From the IMG/VR virus record IMGVR_UViG_3300050122_000130, positions 31,489 through 95,488 of that record: a stretch of 64,000 nucleotides of DNA, one strand, 5' to 3'. The position numbers and the translations under genes are program-made. Shown here one piece after another: positions 1-9,605 of the stretch; position 1 is the stretch's first letter; each line of letters starts with the position of its first letter. This DNA is from a virus. Below the pieces are notes generated by a model. It was not told where the DNA came from. It ran no database searches and worked only from the letters and a program-made list of their open reading frames with translations.

Positions 1-99
1 GCCGCCGTCATCAGCGACGGTCATATGCAGGTGAAGCATGATCGGACGGCCGAGCGTGTTGTGCACGTTGACTGTCTGGCGCTTTTTCTGTTCCGACAT
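1..99 (-). CDS. 5' part of a hypothetical (probably neck/tail) protein, truncated by the window edge
   Basis: ATG at 99 immediately after the stop of the upstream GIY-YIG gene; frame (MSEQKKRQTVNVHN...) open to the edge. Confidence 0.5.
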   Translation of the reverse strand, partial: MSEQKKRQTVNVHNTLGRPIMLHLHMTVADDGG

Positions 100-100
100 C

Positions 101-685
101 TCAGTAACTCCTGCCGCGAAGAGCGGCGTTGGCTCTACGCGTCGCGGTGCGCTGAGCGATTTCCTCGGCGGTCTTTTTCGTACCAAGCTTCATCGCCGCC
201 AGTTTCTCAATGAGATGACGCGACGTCGGTTCCTTTTCTCGCGCAATGCGCCGAAGGTGTTCGATGTGGGACGCCTCTGGCTTCCATCCCTTCTTTTTTG
301 AAGAGATTAACGCGCGCGACTCGATTGTGTGGCTGCGCCCCTTAAACGTGCCTTCTCTTTTTACCGCTCTCTTGATGCCGAGCACTGAGTCCACGCACTC
401 AAGGCAAAGATTGTAGAGCTCATCGCGATCATAGCTATCAACGATACGCTGTTCGTACAGCGTTAGATTTTCGACGGAGCAGATCAGCAAAACTTCAAAC
501 CTGAACGCGGGCTCGCCATATTTATTGAAGGCGCGCTGCAGGTTCTGGTTTTTGTGCGTTCCTCTCCTCAAACACCCAAGGTGAGAAGACTTTCGATTTC
601 CGATTTTGGCCGCCTGCCCGATATAGAACTTTGCAGGATCTTCGCCGCGATCAATGACGATTCGATAGATGCCGGTTTTCTTCAT
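101..685 (-). CDS. GIY-YIG homing endonuclease with NUMOD3-like repeats
   Basis: GIYRI...FYIGQA motif, H.N..LQ.A.NKYG..F.F, basic C-terminal HT.ESR.../GTKKTAE repeats. Confidence 0.9.
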   Translation of the reverse strand: MKKTGIYRIVIDRGEDPAKFYIGQAAKIGNRKSSHLGCLRRGTHKNQNLQRAFNKYGEPAFRFEVLLICSVENLTLYEQRIVDSYDRDELYNLCLECVDSVLGIKRAVKREGTFKGRSHTIESRALISSKKKGWKPEASHIEHLRRIAREKEPTSRHLIEKLAAMKLGTKKTAEEIAQRTATRRANAALRGRSY

Positions 686-702
686 TTCGGCATTCTATAT
701 TT

Positions 703-1197
703 TCAAAACGCTCCTGCACATCCCCGCCCGCGACGGCCAAAACCGGGAGCAATACCATTCCCGAAACGTGTCGGCCCCGGCAGGTACGCAGGAAATGACC
801 GGAACGCACTTGTTGCAGACCAGAAGGCTGCTCCATACGGAGTTTGCGTAAAAAACGCACTATTCATCGTGCCTTCGTATTCCGTGGCGACGGTGACGGA
901 TCCTTCCGTCGCGCTAGAGATCCTGCCGACCAGGCCGGAGGGATCGTTGCCATCGGGCCCGCTGAAGAGCTGCGCAAGATGCGCGGTCAGCATATATAGC
1001 AGCTGCGTCTGCAACGTGGTGGTCCGGACAGGGCCTGAGCCATCGTTGCGCAGCCATACCTCGCCCGCGAGGGCGAAGTAGGCTTCGAGAGTAGCTTGCG
1101 GTGGCGCCGAGGCGAATGCCGGATAAGCAGCGATGAAATCGGCATACGTAAATGTGCCGATCGCGCCGCCCTGACAGCCGCCTCCAAACCACCCCAT
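703..1197 (-). CDS. Head-tail adaptor, DUF4054 family
   Basis: F...YPAF, LLYMLTAHLA, GRISSATEGSVTV, FTQTPYGAAFW motifs; lies downstream of the capsid gene. Confidence 0.85.
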   Translation of the reverse strand: MGWFGGGCQGGAIGTFTYADFIAAYPAFASAPPQATLEAYFALAGEVWLRNDGSGPVRTTTLQTQLLYMLTAHLAQLFSGPDGNDPSGLVGRISSATEGSVTVATEYEGTMNSAFFTQTPYGAAFWSATSAFRSFPAYLPGPTRFGNGIAPGFGRRGRGCAGAF

Positions 1198-1199
1198 GA

Positions 1200-1814
1200 T
1201 TAAACCGCCCTACGTTGTTTCGCGCGATCGGTATCAGGCTCGACGTCGCTAAGATTGTCGTTCGGAGCCTTTTCACCGCGCTCATCGCCAGCCGGATCCA
1301 TCGGCTCGAGGCCGCATTTGAGATCCTTGTTCTCGAGAGCGTAAGCTTCGACGCTGGCCTTTTCGCCATGCTCGAAGATCAGGCCGTTCTTCAACATCTC
1401 GAAACCGGGGTTTAACGACTTCCATTCTTCCCACCAGTCGCGATCGACCTCAGTCAGACCGAAATCTCCGATGATCGTGTAATTCGGAATCTTGCCGAAT
1501 GCAGTCGCGTATCCCTTGAGACGGACTTCGCCACGAGTCGGATCCGGCATGTAAGTCTTCGTGGGCTTCACGCCACCACCGAAAGTCGGCCTGTCGACGG
1601 TGACCATGCTGCCAAGTGTCAGCTTGAGGCCACGCGGCAGTTTGAGGCCGATCCAGACCGTGCTGGTGTTCTTCTTGGTCTCGGCGCCGATCGCGGGACC
1701 GGTGATTGCGATTCCGGCCTCCGCGCCTTCGGCTTCAGCGGTAGCGAGCAACGCTCGCGCCGCATCGATATTCTTCTGCGCTCTCGCAGCCTTCTGGGCT
1801 TTGGACAGTGCCAT
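1200..1814 (-). CDS. Conserved virion-associated protein following the major capsid gene
   Basis: KLPRGL, GLTEVD.DWW.EW, NGLIF, GLEPMDP motifs typical of the gene after DUF2184 capsids. Confidence 0.65.
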   Translation of the reverse strand: MALSKAQKAARAQKNIDAARALLATAEAEGAEAGIAITGPAIGAETKKNTSTVWIGLKLPRGLKLTLGSMVTVDRPTFGGGVKPTKTYMPDPTRGEVRLKGYATAFGKIPNYTIIGDFGLTEVDRDWWEEWKSLNPGFEMLKNGLIFEHGEKASVEAYALENKDLKCGLEPMDPAGDERGEKAPNDNLSDVEPDTDRAKQRRAV

Positions 1815-1953
1815 GTTATTAGGTCTCTCTGTTCAGGATTGATGGGGAAAGGTGAAAGGGAAACAAGACGTGCGCGTCACGCGTGGGACCGCAGAGGAGG
1901 AAGCCTCCGCGCCACCGTCGAAGCCGGGCGTCCCCGGCCGCGCAACTTATCGG

Positions 1954-3057
1954 TTAGATGCCGATCATGCTCGCAATGGCGAACGGCTGACGCAAAACAG
2001 CGCCCATCGAGCCGCCACTCAGCTTCTGCTTCCACGATGACAGATCGGGGATCAGACGATGAGCACGCATTTTCTCGTTGAACGCGCAGAAGCCGGTCTG
2101 CTGACCGCGAACGCTGGTGCAGATCAGCTGCATGAAGTTGCCACCGACAACGCCCTGCGGATTGCTCGAGGACTGAGCCTGGTACTGGATCGCGTCGATG
2201 ATCTTCAGGTTCGGAATCTGCTTCAACAGATCCGAAACGTTGACATCGAACGAGTTCGTCGCGGTGAGCGCGAACTTGGACGCCGGAGAAAGCGCCAGCA
2301 CGAATGGCGATTCCTGGTTGATGTTGCCGCCGGACTGCAGGATGAGTTGGATGACCAGCGCCTGGATGTCCAGATAGATCTCGTTCGGCGTCGCGGTGAT
2401 GATGCCGTTGGTGATCCACTGGTTGTTGCCGTATGCCTTCGGTCCGGGCGTCAGCGCGGCCGTGAGGTTCGGATCGTTCAGCAGCCCGTAATTCTGCAGG
2501 CCCTTCACGCCGAAGAAGTATGTCTGGTTCTGGTAACGGTTCAGAGCCCAGGCGGCCGCGGCGTTCAGTTCGCTGACCCAGTTGATCTTCGCGAGACCAA
2601 CGACATCGAGCTCGCGATCGCCGTATTGCAGGATCGTCTGATAGAGGTACGGCTGGCGCGAGGGGAAGTTCAGGTTGGTGCTGACCGAGCCGTTGTTGAC
2701 GTAATCGTCGTAGCTCGAGACTTCACCGGTGTGCTCGGCAGTCGGGAACATGACCGAGTTGAGCGTCCAATCGCCCTTCTTTACTTCGCCGAGAATATCG
2801 GCGGCGCGCAGCGGGGAGAACAGGATCTCGTAGACTGTCGGGTCGATCATGGTCGACAGCCACACCGGAATGCCGGTGTTCAACGTGGTCGTGGTCGTCG
2901 GCTGCGCGTCCATCGCGAGGCCTTGATCCATGGCGAGCTCGAAGTTGTGCTTCCAGCCGTCAGGGATGTACATGCGCGCGTTTTCAAAGATCGCGCCGCT
3001 CGACTCGTAGGTTTTGCGCTCCTGAGCGAACGCGGCGACAGCTTCGTGGCGATTCAT
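1954..3057 (-). CDS. Major capsid protein, DUF2184 family
   Basis: 367 aa; LAMDAQP N-terminus, GEVKKGDW, YFFGV.GLQNYGLLNDPNL, C-terminal QPFAIASMIGI. Confidence 0.9.
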   Translation of the reverse strand: MNRHEAVAAFAQERKTYESSGAIFENARMYIPDGWKHNFELAMDQGLAMDAQPTTTTTLNTGIPVWLSTMIDPTVYEILFSPLRAADILGEVKKGDWTLNSVMFPTAEHTGEVSSYDDYVNNGSVSTNLNFPSRQPYLYQTILQYGDRELDVVGLAKINWVSELNAAAAWALNRYQNQTYFFGVKGLQNYGLLNDPNLTAALTPGPKAYGNNQWITNGIITATPNEIYLDIQALVIQLILQSGGNINQESPFVLALSPASKFALTATNSFDVNVSDLLKQIPNLKIIDAIQYQAQSSSNPQGVVGGNFMQLICTSVRGQQTGFCAFNEKMRAHRLIPDLSSWKQKLSGGSMGAVLRQPFAIASMIGI

Positions 3058-3077
3058 CGTAAGTGCCTTTCCAAAAT

Positions 3078-3106
3078 AAAAAAGGCGCTCACGAGGAGAC
3101 GCCTTG
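3078..3106 (-). terminator. Intrinsic terminator-like hairpin between decoration and capsid genes
   Basis: On -: AAGGCGTCTC-CTCGT-GAGCGCC-TTTTTT. Confidence 0.55.
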
Positions 3107-3132
3107 GCTGAGGGAGATTGTGAAAGCGAAGT

Positions 3133-4119
3133 TTAGGAGATGTTGGTGACCTTGATCAGTTCACCGACAGCACCAGCAGATGCAGCACGCCACTTCGTTT
3201 CGATCGAGGCCTGCGCCGAAATCGCGGTCGAAGAAGCCGTTTGCGACGGGCTCACCACATAAGTGCCGGCACCTCCCGCCGATCCGGTGAGCTGCTGTGT
3301 GACCACGGTACCGGTCGTCACGCCGCTGCCAGTCAGGATCTGACCGGGCCCGAAACCGGAGACCACCGTGCCACCGACCGTGAGAACACCGTAAGTGCCA
3401 GTGATCGTGGTCGATGCAGCGTTCTGCTCCGGGATATTGACGTTGTAACGGCCGAGACCGTTCAGCGCTTCACCCGCGAGCAGCGGGGTGATCTGGCTGA
3501 CGATCTGCGTTCCGGTGGCAACGCCGGTACCGCTCAGAATCGAGCCGGGGTAGAAGTTGCCGGTCAATACGCCGCCGGCGGTGAACACGTCGCCGATGAG
3601 CGTGCTAGCCGTCGCATTGGCGGTCGCCGGCGCAATCGAAGATGCCGATCCAGAACCGCCGCTCGGCGTCGAGCCGGCAGCAGCAAACGAGGCCGAGCCA
3701 TCCGCATAGTTGGCGAATGCCTTCATGCCGACAGTGGCGGCGGCGGCACCGTTGTTGACCACCCACATGTCGACTTCGTTGTAACAAGCGATCTGGAAAC
3801 CGCTCTGCAGATATTGCACCGCGGTGCCCAGATAGGCAGTGATCATGCCGACCTGGCGTCGGGAGACGATACCCGCGGGCAAGCCAGAACCGAACGTGTT
3901 CAGCGTGGCCGGAGCATTGTCGTTGTCGATCGTGGCGTACGACGTCCAGCCGAAGCGGCCGATGACGCAGCCAGTGACGACAACACCGCTGATAACGCCA
4001 GCACCGGAGATGAGTCCGCCTTCGCCGGCGAGGACGGTAGCGCGCGGATTCGCCGAAGCAAAATCACCGGCATTGCCGGGCGCCTGGATCGAGTTAACCT
4101 GGTTGGGAAAGTCGGGCAT
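3133..4119 (-). CDS. Head decoration/cement protein with Gly/Thr-rich beta-repeat insertion
   Basis: FPNQVN..QAPG.AGDFASANPR N-terminus and GELIKVT end; two G.G..GTY.V-type repeats; lies between scaffold and capsid; ATG 4119 with GGAG RBS. Confidence 0.75.
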   Translation of the reverse strand: MPDFPNQVNSIQAPGNAGDFASANPRATVLAGEGGLISGAGVISGVVVTGCVIGRFGWTSYATIDNDNAPATLNTFGSGLPAGIVSRRQVGMITAYLGTAVQYLQSGFQIACYNEVDMWVVNNGAAAATVGMKAFANYADGSASFAAAGSTPSGGSGSASSIAPATANATASTLIGDVFTAGGVLTGNFYPGSILSGTGVATGTQIVSQITPLLAGEALNGLGRYNVNIPEQNAASTTITGTYGVLTVGGTVVSGFGPGQILTGSGVTTGTVVTQQLTGSAGGAGTYVVSPSQTASSTAISAQASIETKWRAASAGAVGELIKVTNIS

Positions 4120-4161
4120 CGAATTTTTCTCCTGTTCGATGAAAGTTGCGGGGAAGGGGAT

Positions 4162-4196
4162 CAAAAAAATCCCCCTCCCCGGAATGGGAAGAGGGC
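4162..4196 (-). terminator. Intrinsic terminator-like hairpin
   Basis: On -: CCCTCTTCCC-ATTCC-GGGGAGGGGG-ATTTTTTT. Confidence 0.6.
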
Positions 4197-4206
4197 CGAA
4201 AAGGTC

Positions 4207-4286
4207 ACAGCCTGCGGTGCGTTCTTTCCGCCTACAGAGAATCGGAGGGCCAATTCTCTTTGCTAACGACGATCAGCTAAGGCTGT
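4207..4286 (-). ncRNA. Candidate structured RNA (four-way junction, tRNA-like, non-canonical)
   Basis: Closing stem ACAGCCT/AGGCTGT enclosing three hairpins; intergenic; no TTC loop or CCA. Confidence 0.35.
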
Positions 4287-4314
4287 TACGAGCGGAGGAA
4301 GCCGCCCGGTTCGT

Positions 4315-5388
4315 TTACTGGTGGCCGATACGCTCGAGGTTCTTGGCCAGACCCGGATTGCGCTTCGCGATCTCGCCGGAGGCGGAAGTCTGCTCCGCGG
4401 AATCCATCGCGTAGGTCTGCTTTTTGCCGCCGTCCTTCGGAGGCAGAGCATCGAAGGCAAACTTGAGCATTTCGACGTTTGCCTCTTTCGGCGGCTTCTT
4501 GCCGGAAGCGATCTCGATCGCCTTGCTGAAGACCTGCGCAGCACTGTCGAAGGCCATGCCGCTGAGATTTCCGACGCGACCACGGACGTGATCCTTGGCA
4601 ACGGCGACTGCATCCATGCGGTCGCGCTCCTTCTTGATGCCGGCGTTGATGCCGGCCTGGATCTTCTCGTCCATCGCCTTGTCCTTCTCCTCGTCGTCTT
4701 CATCGTTGGCGGTTTCTTTGGGCGTCTCCGGATCGTGCTCTTCGTCTTCCTCGTTGACGTCCTTGTCCTTGGCGCCAGCGGTGAGCTTGCCGTCCTTGCT
4801 CTTCTTGGCATCTTTAGCCTTTTTGTCAGCCGCCTTCTTGGCTTCCATGCGCTTTTTCATGCGCTCGGCCTTCTCCTCGTCGGTCTCGGCCTCTTCGTCG
4901 TCGGCCATGTCCTCATCGTCCATGTCCTCGTCTTTGGCCTTGTCTTCCTTTTTGTCCTTCATATCGTCGGGGAAATCGTCGCACGCGACCTCGATCATAT
5001 CGAGCACGGCATCGAGCCCCTTCGGATCCAGCGCGCCGTCTTGCGCATACTGCGGATCGAGGTGACCCTCGACCGAAGCGTTGATCCATGCGCCAAGAAC
5101 CGGACGCTTGGCCTTGAAATTCTTCGCATTGATATTGCGAAGACCCTTGTTCAGGTCGATCTTCGCATCCATCGCAAGCTGCGGACGCAGGAATGTGGTC
5201 AGCATGCCATACGCGACAGTGCCGAGCGCCGACAGTTTAGCTTTCTTGATCATGGTCTTCTCCTTGATGTCAGGGTTAACGGAGTCGTATGCGCGCTCAG
5301 TCAGAAGTGACTCGTCGAGACCGAGCGCCACGATGGCCTCACGAGGAGTCTTGAATTTCTTGCGAAGTGCGTCACGCAATTTGCTCAT
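4315..5388 (-). CDS. Head scaffolding protein
   Basis: Highly charged D/E/K low-complexity, many A-[MFYQ]-D motifs; ATGA overlap with the protease stop; lies between protease and decoration genes. Confidence 0.75.
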   Translation of the reverse strand: MSKLRDALRKKFKTPREAIVALGLDESLLTERAYDSVNPDIKEKTMIKKAKLSALGTVAYGMLTTFLRPQLAMDAKIDLNKGLRNINAKNFKAKRPVLGAWINASVEGHLDPQYAQDGALDPKGLDAVLDMIEVACDDFPDDMKDKKEDKAKDEDMDDEDMADDEEAETDEEKAERMKKRMEAKKAADKKAKDAKKSKDGKLTAGAKDKDVNEEDEEHDPETPKETANDEDDEEKDKAMDEKIQAGINAGIKKERDRMDAVAVAKDHVRGRVGNLSGMAFDSAAQVFSKAIEIASGKKPPKEANVEMLKFAFDALPPKDGGKKQTYAMDSAEQTSASGEIAKRNPGLAKNLERIGHQ

Positions 5389-7925
5389 AGGTGCAGCCCC
5401 AGGATTGCCGACTCGATCAGAGCCCACGGATCGATCGCGCCGTCGCCGACCACAACATCGCTACCCGCGCGGCCCTCAGAAACGAGCGCAACGTGATTTC
5501 CGATGATGTCGCGCATAACACCGTCGTAGGGCTTGCCCTCGTAAATGCCTGGCGTCATGTCAGCGCGGTAGCGATAGGCGCTGGACAATTCCTTTTTGCG
5601 TTTACTCTCGACCGCGTTGATGCCGCGCTCAGCCCAGATGACGAGGCTGTTTTTCAGGTGCGGATGTTCGAACGAAGCGTCGGTACCGGTCGAACCGACC
5701 ACGAGCTCAGGACGATGGTTGGCGGCGTTGACGCCGACATGCTGATCGAGCAACGGCAGATTGTTGAAGGTCGACTCCGCCTTCTTCAGCTCCGCAGGAT
5801 CTCGCAACAATTGATAGATACGGCCGGGATCGAGCCCCAGCTCCTTGTACTTCGGAATTTCCTTTCCGAGATACGGGTTCACAATCGCCTTCGAGATGTT
5901 CGAAATCTCGACGTGCATGCGGCCGTCGGCGTCGATCCTGCGCACCGTCACCGGCGCGCGATCGAACGCCAAGCCGTGGCGCTCGATCCCAGGAATGGTT
6001 GCCCGGTCGAACGCCAGCTCCTCGCCGTCGAGCTCGACGTCATGAATCTTGTCGGCGCCGTCGCCGTCCCAGCCGAACGGCACGATCTTGTCGTCTTCGT
6101 CGCGCGCCTCGATCGTGCGTGACGCGCCGATCGATCCCAGCCGCTTCATGTGGCTCAGCAGGCCCTTGAAATTGAAGTCGCCGCTGTAGCGGACGGTCAG
6201 CGTGTGCTCGGCATTGTACGGTTTCCGATCCCGCGCGAGGCCCGCGAACATGCCGTCCATCGCCTTCACACCGACTCGAGTCGCGAGATTCTTCTTCCTC
6301 GCAATGAGCCGATCGGCCAATTCCTTGTCATCGCCGACGGCTTCGCGGATCTTCGCGTCCGGGATCTTTGAGACGCGCTCGACCGACGCCGAGAGCTCAG
6401 CTTCGGTCATCGGTGCGAACAGCTTCGCGGCGTCCGGGTTCATGCCCTTGTCGCGCAGTGTGTCGAATTCCGTAACCTTGTCGCCGAACGCCGCCCCCTT
6501 GGCCCCCCCCTGAGCACGGAAGCGCAGCGAACCGCCTACATCCAGCGTGGTCGTCTTACCTTCGAGGATCCCTTGATTGTCTCCACCCGTACCAGCCGCG
6601 TCCCAATTAGAAAGCCAGGCATGGATAGCGAAGTCTTTAGCCGCTTCTTTGCGCTCAGCCGGCGTGAACTCGCTGATGTTTTTCTTTTCGAGCTTCCGCC
6701 ATTCCGTCGCAACATGCTGACCGCCTTCCACATCGCGGTAGGGCAGCGTCGCGGCGCCGGCGAGCTGGTACAGGCGCGCGGCGGCGCGCTCATTGTCCGC
6801 GTGGGCCTTAGTCGGGGCTTTCTTGATGTAAAATTTGGAACCGCTTTTATCTTCGTAGGTTCCGCCCTCGTTCGATCCCAGCTTGCCGCCCTTTTTCGAC
6901 AACTCGCCCATCTTCAAGGGTGAACTTGCGCCCTTCTCCGATGACTTTGCCTTTGAGGAGTTCCCGGAATGGGCTGATGCACTCGCAGAGGAACCGCTCC
7001 CGCTCCCGAATTTCCCGTCGTCTTTGCGCGGATGATCGCCCTCGTTCCATTCGTCGCTCGCTAAGGTTCCAAGGCTGCGCATGAACAGCGCCATATCGAA
7101 GGCCTTCGTGATGCCCAGGCCCTTGCTCACGGTCTTGAAGATGGGAGCAACCCCCGACCCGCCGCATTTATCGCACCCAGCGCCCGCGCAGGCCCCGCAA
7201 ACGCTATCCTGCGCAAGACGACGCTTCGCCAGCCGCTTCAGGCGGGCGTCAATCTTCCCGCCGACCGGGGTTCCGGTGTTGACGATCGTCGCCAGCGCCG
7301 GCTGATTATCGTCAGCGTGTTCCGGTTCCGCTTCTTCCTCGCGCGTCCACTTCGCGAAGTTCTCGCGCAGCTCCGCCCAATCCTCCGGCGCCATGTCCTG
7401 CGCCATGCCGAGATTTTCGCCAAGCACCCGGGTGACGTTCGGATGCATCGGCTCCGGCAGTTTGTCGAGCGGAAACCAGCCGAATTCCGAATGCTCCTCG
7501 TTCAGCTTCGGTTTGAACTTGTCCTCGACCGATTCAGTGAACGTGTGGAACATCATCCCGTTCGGAGTCTGCACCAGGTCGAGCAGCTTCTTCCGGCCGG
7601 TAGCGGCCGGCGCCGTCGATCCGAGCTCCTCGCGAGCTTCGCGATCGGCGCATTGCTCCGGAGATTCCCCTGCATCAGCTTTGCCGCCCGGTAGCGCCCA
7701 GTGCCCGACGTAGTTGTCCTTGCCTTCCTCGCCCGCGCGCTTGATCAGTAGCACATCGCCATCTGGTGCCACGAACACGATGCCGGCCGCGATCGGCAGC
7801 GCTGCGTCTTCTCCGGCTTCCTTGTATGCGATAGCAGCAGCCTGCTTTACAGGTCTTCCCAGCTTAGTGAGTTCAGCTATATTAGCCGATATCACTTTCT
7901 GGGATGATCCCTGCTTCAGTGGCAT
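5385..7925 (-). CDS. Multidomain prohead protease (C-terminal DUF2213) fused to Nudix hydrolase, Zn-finger and HipA/PI3K-like kinase domains
   Basis: Perfect Nudix box [22 protein letters not shown]; CGAC..CDKC; kinase-like YIKK..NE..WLSNWD..GDN..LDVGGS; DUF2213 [29 protein letters not shown]; ATG 7925 (MPLKQG). Confidence 0.85.
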   Translation of the reverse strand: MPLKQGSSQKVISANIAELTKLGRPVKQAAAIAYKEAGEDAALPIAAGIVFVAPDGDVLLIKRAGEEGKDNYVGHWALPGGKADAGESPEQCADREAREELGSTAPAATGRKKLLDLVQTPNGMMFHTFTESVEDKFKPKLNEEHSEFGWFPLDKLPEPMHPNVTRVLGENLGMAQDMAPEDWAELRENFAKWTREEEAEPEHADDNQPALATIVNTGTPVGGKIDARLKRLAKRRLAQDSVCGACAGAGCDKCGGSGVAPIFKTVSKGLGITKAFDMALFMRSLGTLASDEWNEGDHPRKDDGKFGSGSGSSASASAHSGNSSKAKSSEKGASSPLKMGELSKKGGKLGSNEGGTYEDKSGSKFYIKKAPTKAHADNERAAARLYQLAGAATLPYRDVEGGQHVATEWRKLEKKNISEFTPAERKEAAKDFAIHAWLSNWDAAGTGGDNQGILEGKTTTLDVGGSLRFRAQGGAKGAAFGDKVTEFDTLRDKGMNPDAAKLFAPMTEAELSASVERVSKIPDAKIREAVGDDKELADRLIARKKNLATRVGVKAMDGMFAGLARDRKPYNAEHTLTVRYSGDFNFKGLLSHMKRLGSIGASRTIEARDEDDKIVPFGWDGDGADKIHDVELDGEELAFDRATIPGIERHGLAFDRAPVTVRRIDADGRMHVEISNISKAIVNPYLGKEIPKYKELGLDPGRIYQLLRDPAELKKAESTFNNLPLLDQHVGVNAANHRPELVVGSTGTDASFEHPHLKNSLVIWAERGINAVESKRKKELSSAYRYRADMTPGIYEGKPYDGVMRDIIGNHVALVSEGRAGSDVVVGDGAIDPWALIESAILGLHL

Positions 7926-8643
7926 TTTTGTTTTTCCATCTATTTGGCGGTCGCGTGCCAAGGCGCTTATGCGCTGCGCTCATCTTGGCTTTAGTTTCAT
8001 CGGAATGCTTGCGGCCAATGCTTAGCTGTCTCAGCATTTCCATATGTTCGGGAGACGAACGAAGACCGCTAGTGTTTCTTGTCGCACTCATTTTTTGGCG
8101 AGTTTCCAACGAAACCTTGCGACCTGTTTGAGTCTGCGATCTTTTCAGATTGCTCTCTGGAGTAATAATTTGATTAGCTCTTGCAACTCGGATTTTATCG
8201 CGAGTTTTTTCAGAAAGAGGTATCCCGGCTCGACTACTCAATACCAAACGGCCTGCATCCGTCATGATGTGCGGTTTCGACATTTTTTTGAGCGTTTCCG
8301 CTGAATGTCGTCTGCCTGCGCGTTTAGCTGCGACCTCTGGTGAAGACATCGGGCTGGTCTCTCCGCCCAATCCGACATTGTAGCCTTGTGATCGGTCAGT
8401 CGTCCGAAAGAACCTAATGAACTCTATTTCTAGGCTCAGTATTTCGTGCTTCTCACCAAGCGCCAGAACTTGAGGAACCAAGTTGTTAGTCCCGTAGCGC
8501 ATGATAGCCTGATGAACGGGTAGATTAGATCCTCGTCTCGCATCACTGCAATGCCTCATCCAACGATGTCTTATCGTTTTTGAGGTAATGCCAAAATATC
8601 GCTTTCCATTCGGAAATTCGATCACATAGAGTAGGTAAGCCAT
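7882..8643 (-). CDS. GIY-YIG homing endonuclease with NUMOD3 repeats
   Basis: [18 protein letters not shown]...H, GYN..GG, repeated G.K/RHS.ETK.KMS. Confidence 0.9.
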   Translation of the reverse strand: MAYLLYVIEFPNGKRYFGITSKTIRHRWMRHCSDARRGSNLPVHQAIMRYGTNNLVPQVLALGEKHEILSLEIEFIRFFRTTDRSQGYNVGLGGETSPMSSPEVAAKRAGRRHSAETLKKMSKPHIMTDAGRLVLSSRAGIPLSEKTRDKIRVARANQIITPESNLKRSQTQTGRKVSLETRQKMSATRNTSGLRSSPEHMEMLRQLSIGRKHSDETKAKMSAAHKRLGTRPPNRWKNKNATEAGIIPESDIG

Positions 8644-8892
8644 CTGGGCGCTCCAACGCTCATTTCGGTTAGAGGCCGTTCAGTGTGTCGAGCACTGTAC
8701 GGCCTCGTCTTCTTATACTAGCTCCTACTGACTATCGCAACGCTCTCTGCACTGCCAAAACTTGAAGTGCCTATGCCTTGAAGCAGTCCTCACAGCGGTC
8801 CGAACTGATGACCCTGGGACTGACGCTGACATACTTCTCGACGGATGGCTTCTGGCCGCAGTCCGTGCAGACAGGTTCAGCCGGTTTCTTTT

Positions 8893-9174
8893 TCACTTCG
8901 GTTTCTTTCGCCCGCGCGTATCGAGCGCGGTTCGATTATTGTTGCGGCCCTTGTTCACTGCCGGCGGACGCAGACCGAGCCGGCGCTGATAGGCGCGGAC
9001 GTGCGTGGCGCTGAAACCGCAGACACCGATCTCGGCCGCGAGTATTTCCGGATCCAGACCCTGCGGCGCGTCCCTCAAAATCTTTTCGATCTCTGGGGAG
9101 TCGTACGGGTCGCGAAACTTCATTGTCGAACTGGTGCTGATCCACCAATCATCTGAATTCCCGAAGTTCTCCAT
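8893..9174 (-). CDS. Hypothetical protein, possible HTH
   Basis: ORF coupled to the GNAT gene; LAAEIGV...HVRAYQRRLGL. Confidence 0.5.
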   Translation of the reverse strand: MENFGNSDDWWISTSSTMKFRDPYDSPEIEKILRDAPQGLDPEILAAEIGVCGFSATHVRAYQRRLGLRPPAVNKGRNNNRTALDTRGRKKPK

Positions 9175-9605
9175 CAGCCAAGACGATAGGTCAGCGTCAC
9201 AGCTTCTTCGGTACGCCCCTGCTTCTTGGCGATCGCACGCATGGCGCTGTTGCGCACATGCGTTCCTGACTGAATCGTTACTGCTTTGAGTTCAGCGGCC
9301 TTCTCGACCATTGCCGCCCACAAAGCGTTGTAGAGCCCGCGGCCGCGGAATTCCGGGAGCGTATAGCTCTGGAAGATCCACACGCGCCCGGTATCCTTGT
9401 CAAAATTCCAGGTCATCACCGCGGCGGGTATCATTTCGCGGCCGTTCTGCGCGTAGGCGATAAAGGCGTTAAGCGACGTAAAGACGTTCAGCGTCCCGTC
9501 ACCGTACCCCTTCTCGACACATTCCGCCCAGCCGCGCACCGCGAGCTCGAGCGCTGGCGTATTGTTCAGGCCCTCGACGTACACGATCTTGATCTCGTCG
9601 CTCAC
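9174..9605 (-). CDS. GNAT family N-acetyltransferase
   Basis: Motif A YTLPEFRGRGLYNAL and motif B N.AM..I.KK.G. Confidence 0.85.
   Translation of the reverse strand: MSDEIKIVYVEGLNNTPALELAVRGWAECVEKGYGDGTLNVFTSLNAFIAYAQNGREMIPAAVMTWNFDKDTGRVWIFQSYTLPEFRGRGLYNALWAAMVEKAAELKAVTIQSGTHVRNSAMRAIAKKQGRTEEAVTLTYRLG

Noticed and set aside
4207-4286. Canonical tRNA
   Set aside because: No 7-nt anticodon loop, no TTCRA T-loop and no CCA; kept only as a candidate structured RNA
2059-5310. Long + strand ORFs (2059..3111, 3241..4266, 4321..5310) and similar antisense ORFs elsewhere
   Set aside because: Shadow frames of high-GC - strand structural genes; no motifs or RBS
7882-8720. Group I intron around the GIY-YIG gene
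   Set aside because: No interrupted host frame or P7-like core recognised; the upstream GAGGCCGT/ACGGCCTC hairpin fits a free-standing endonuclease leader
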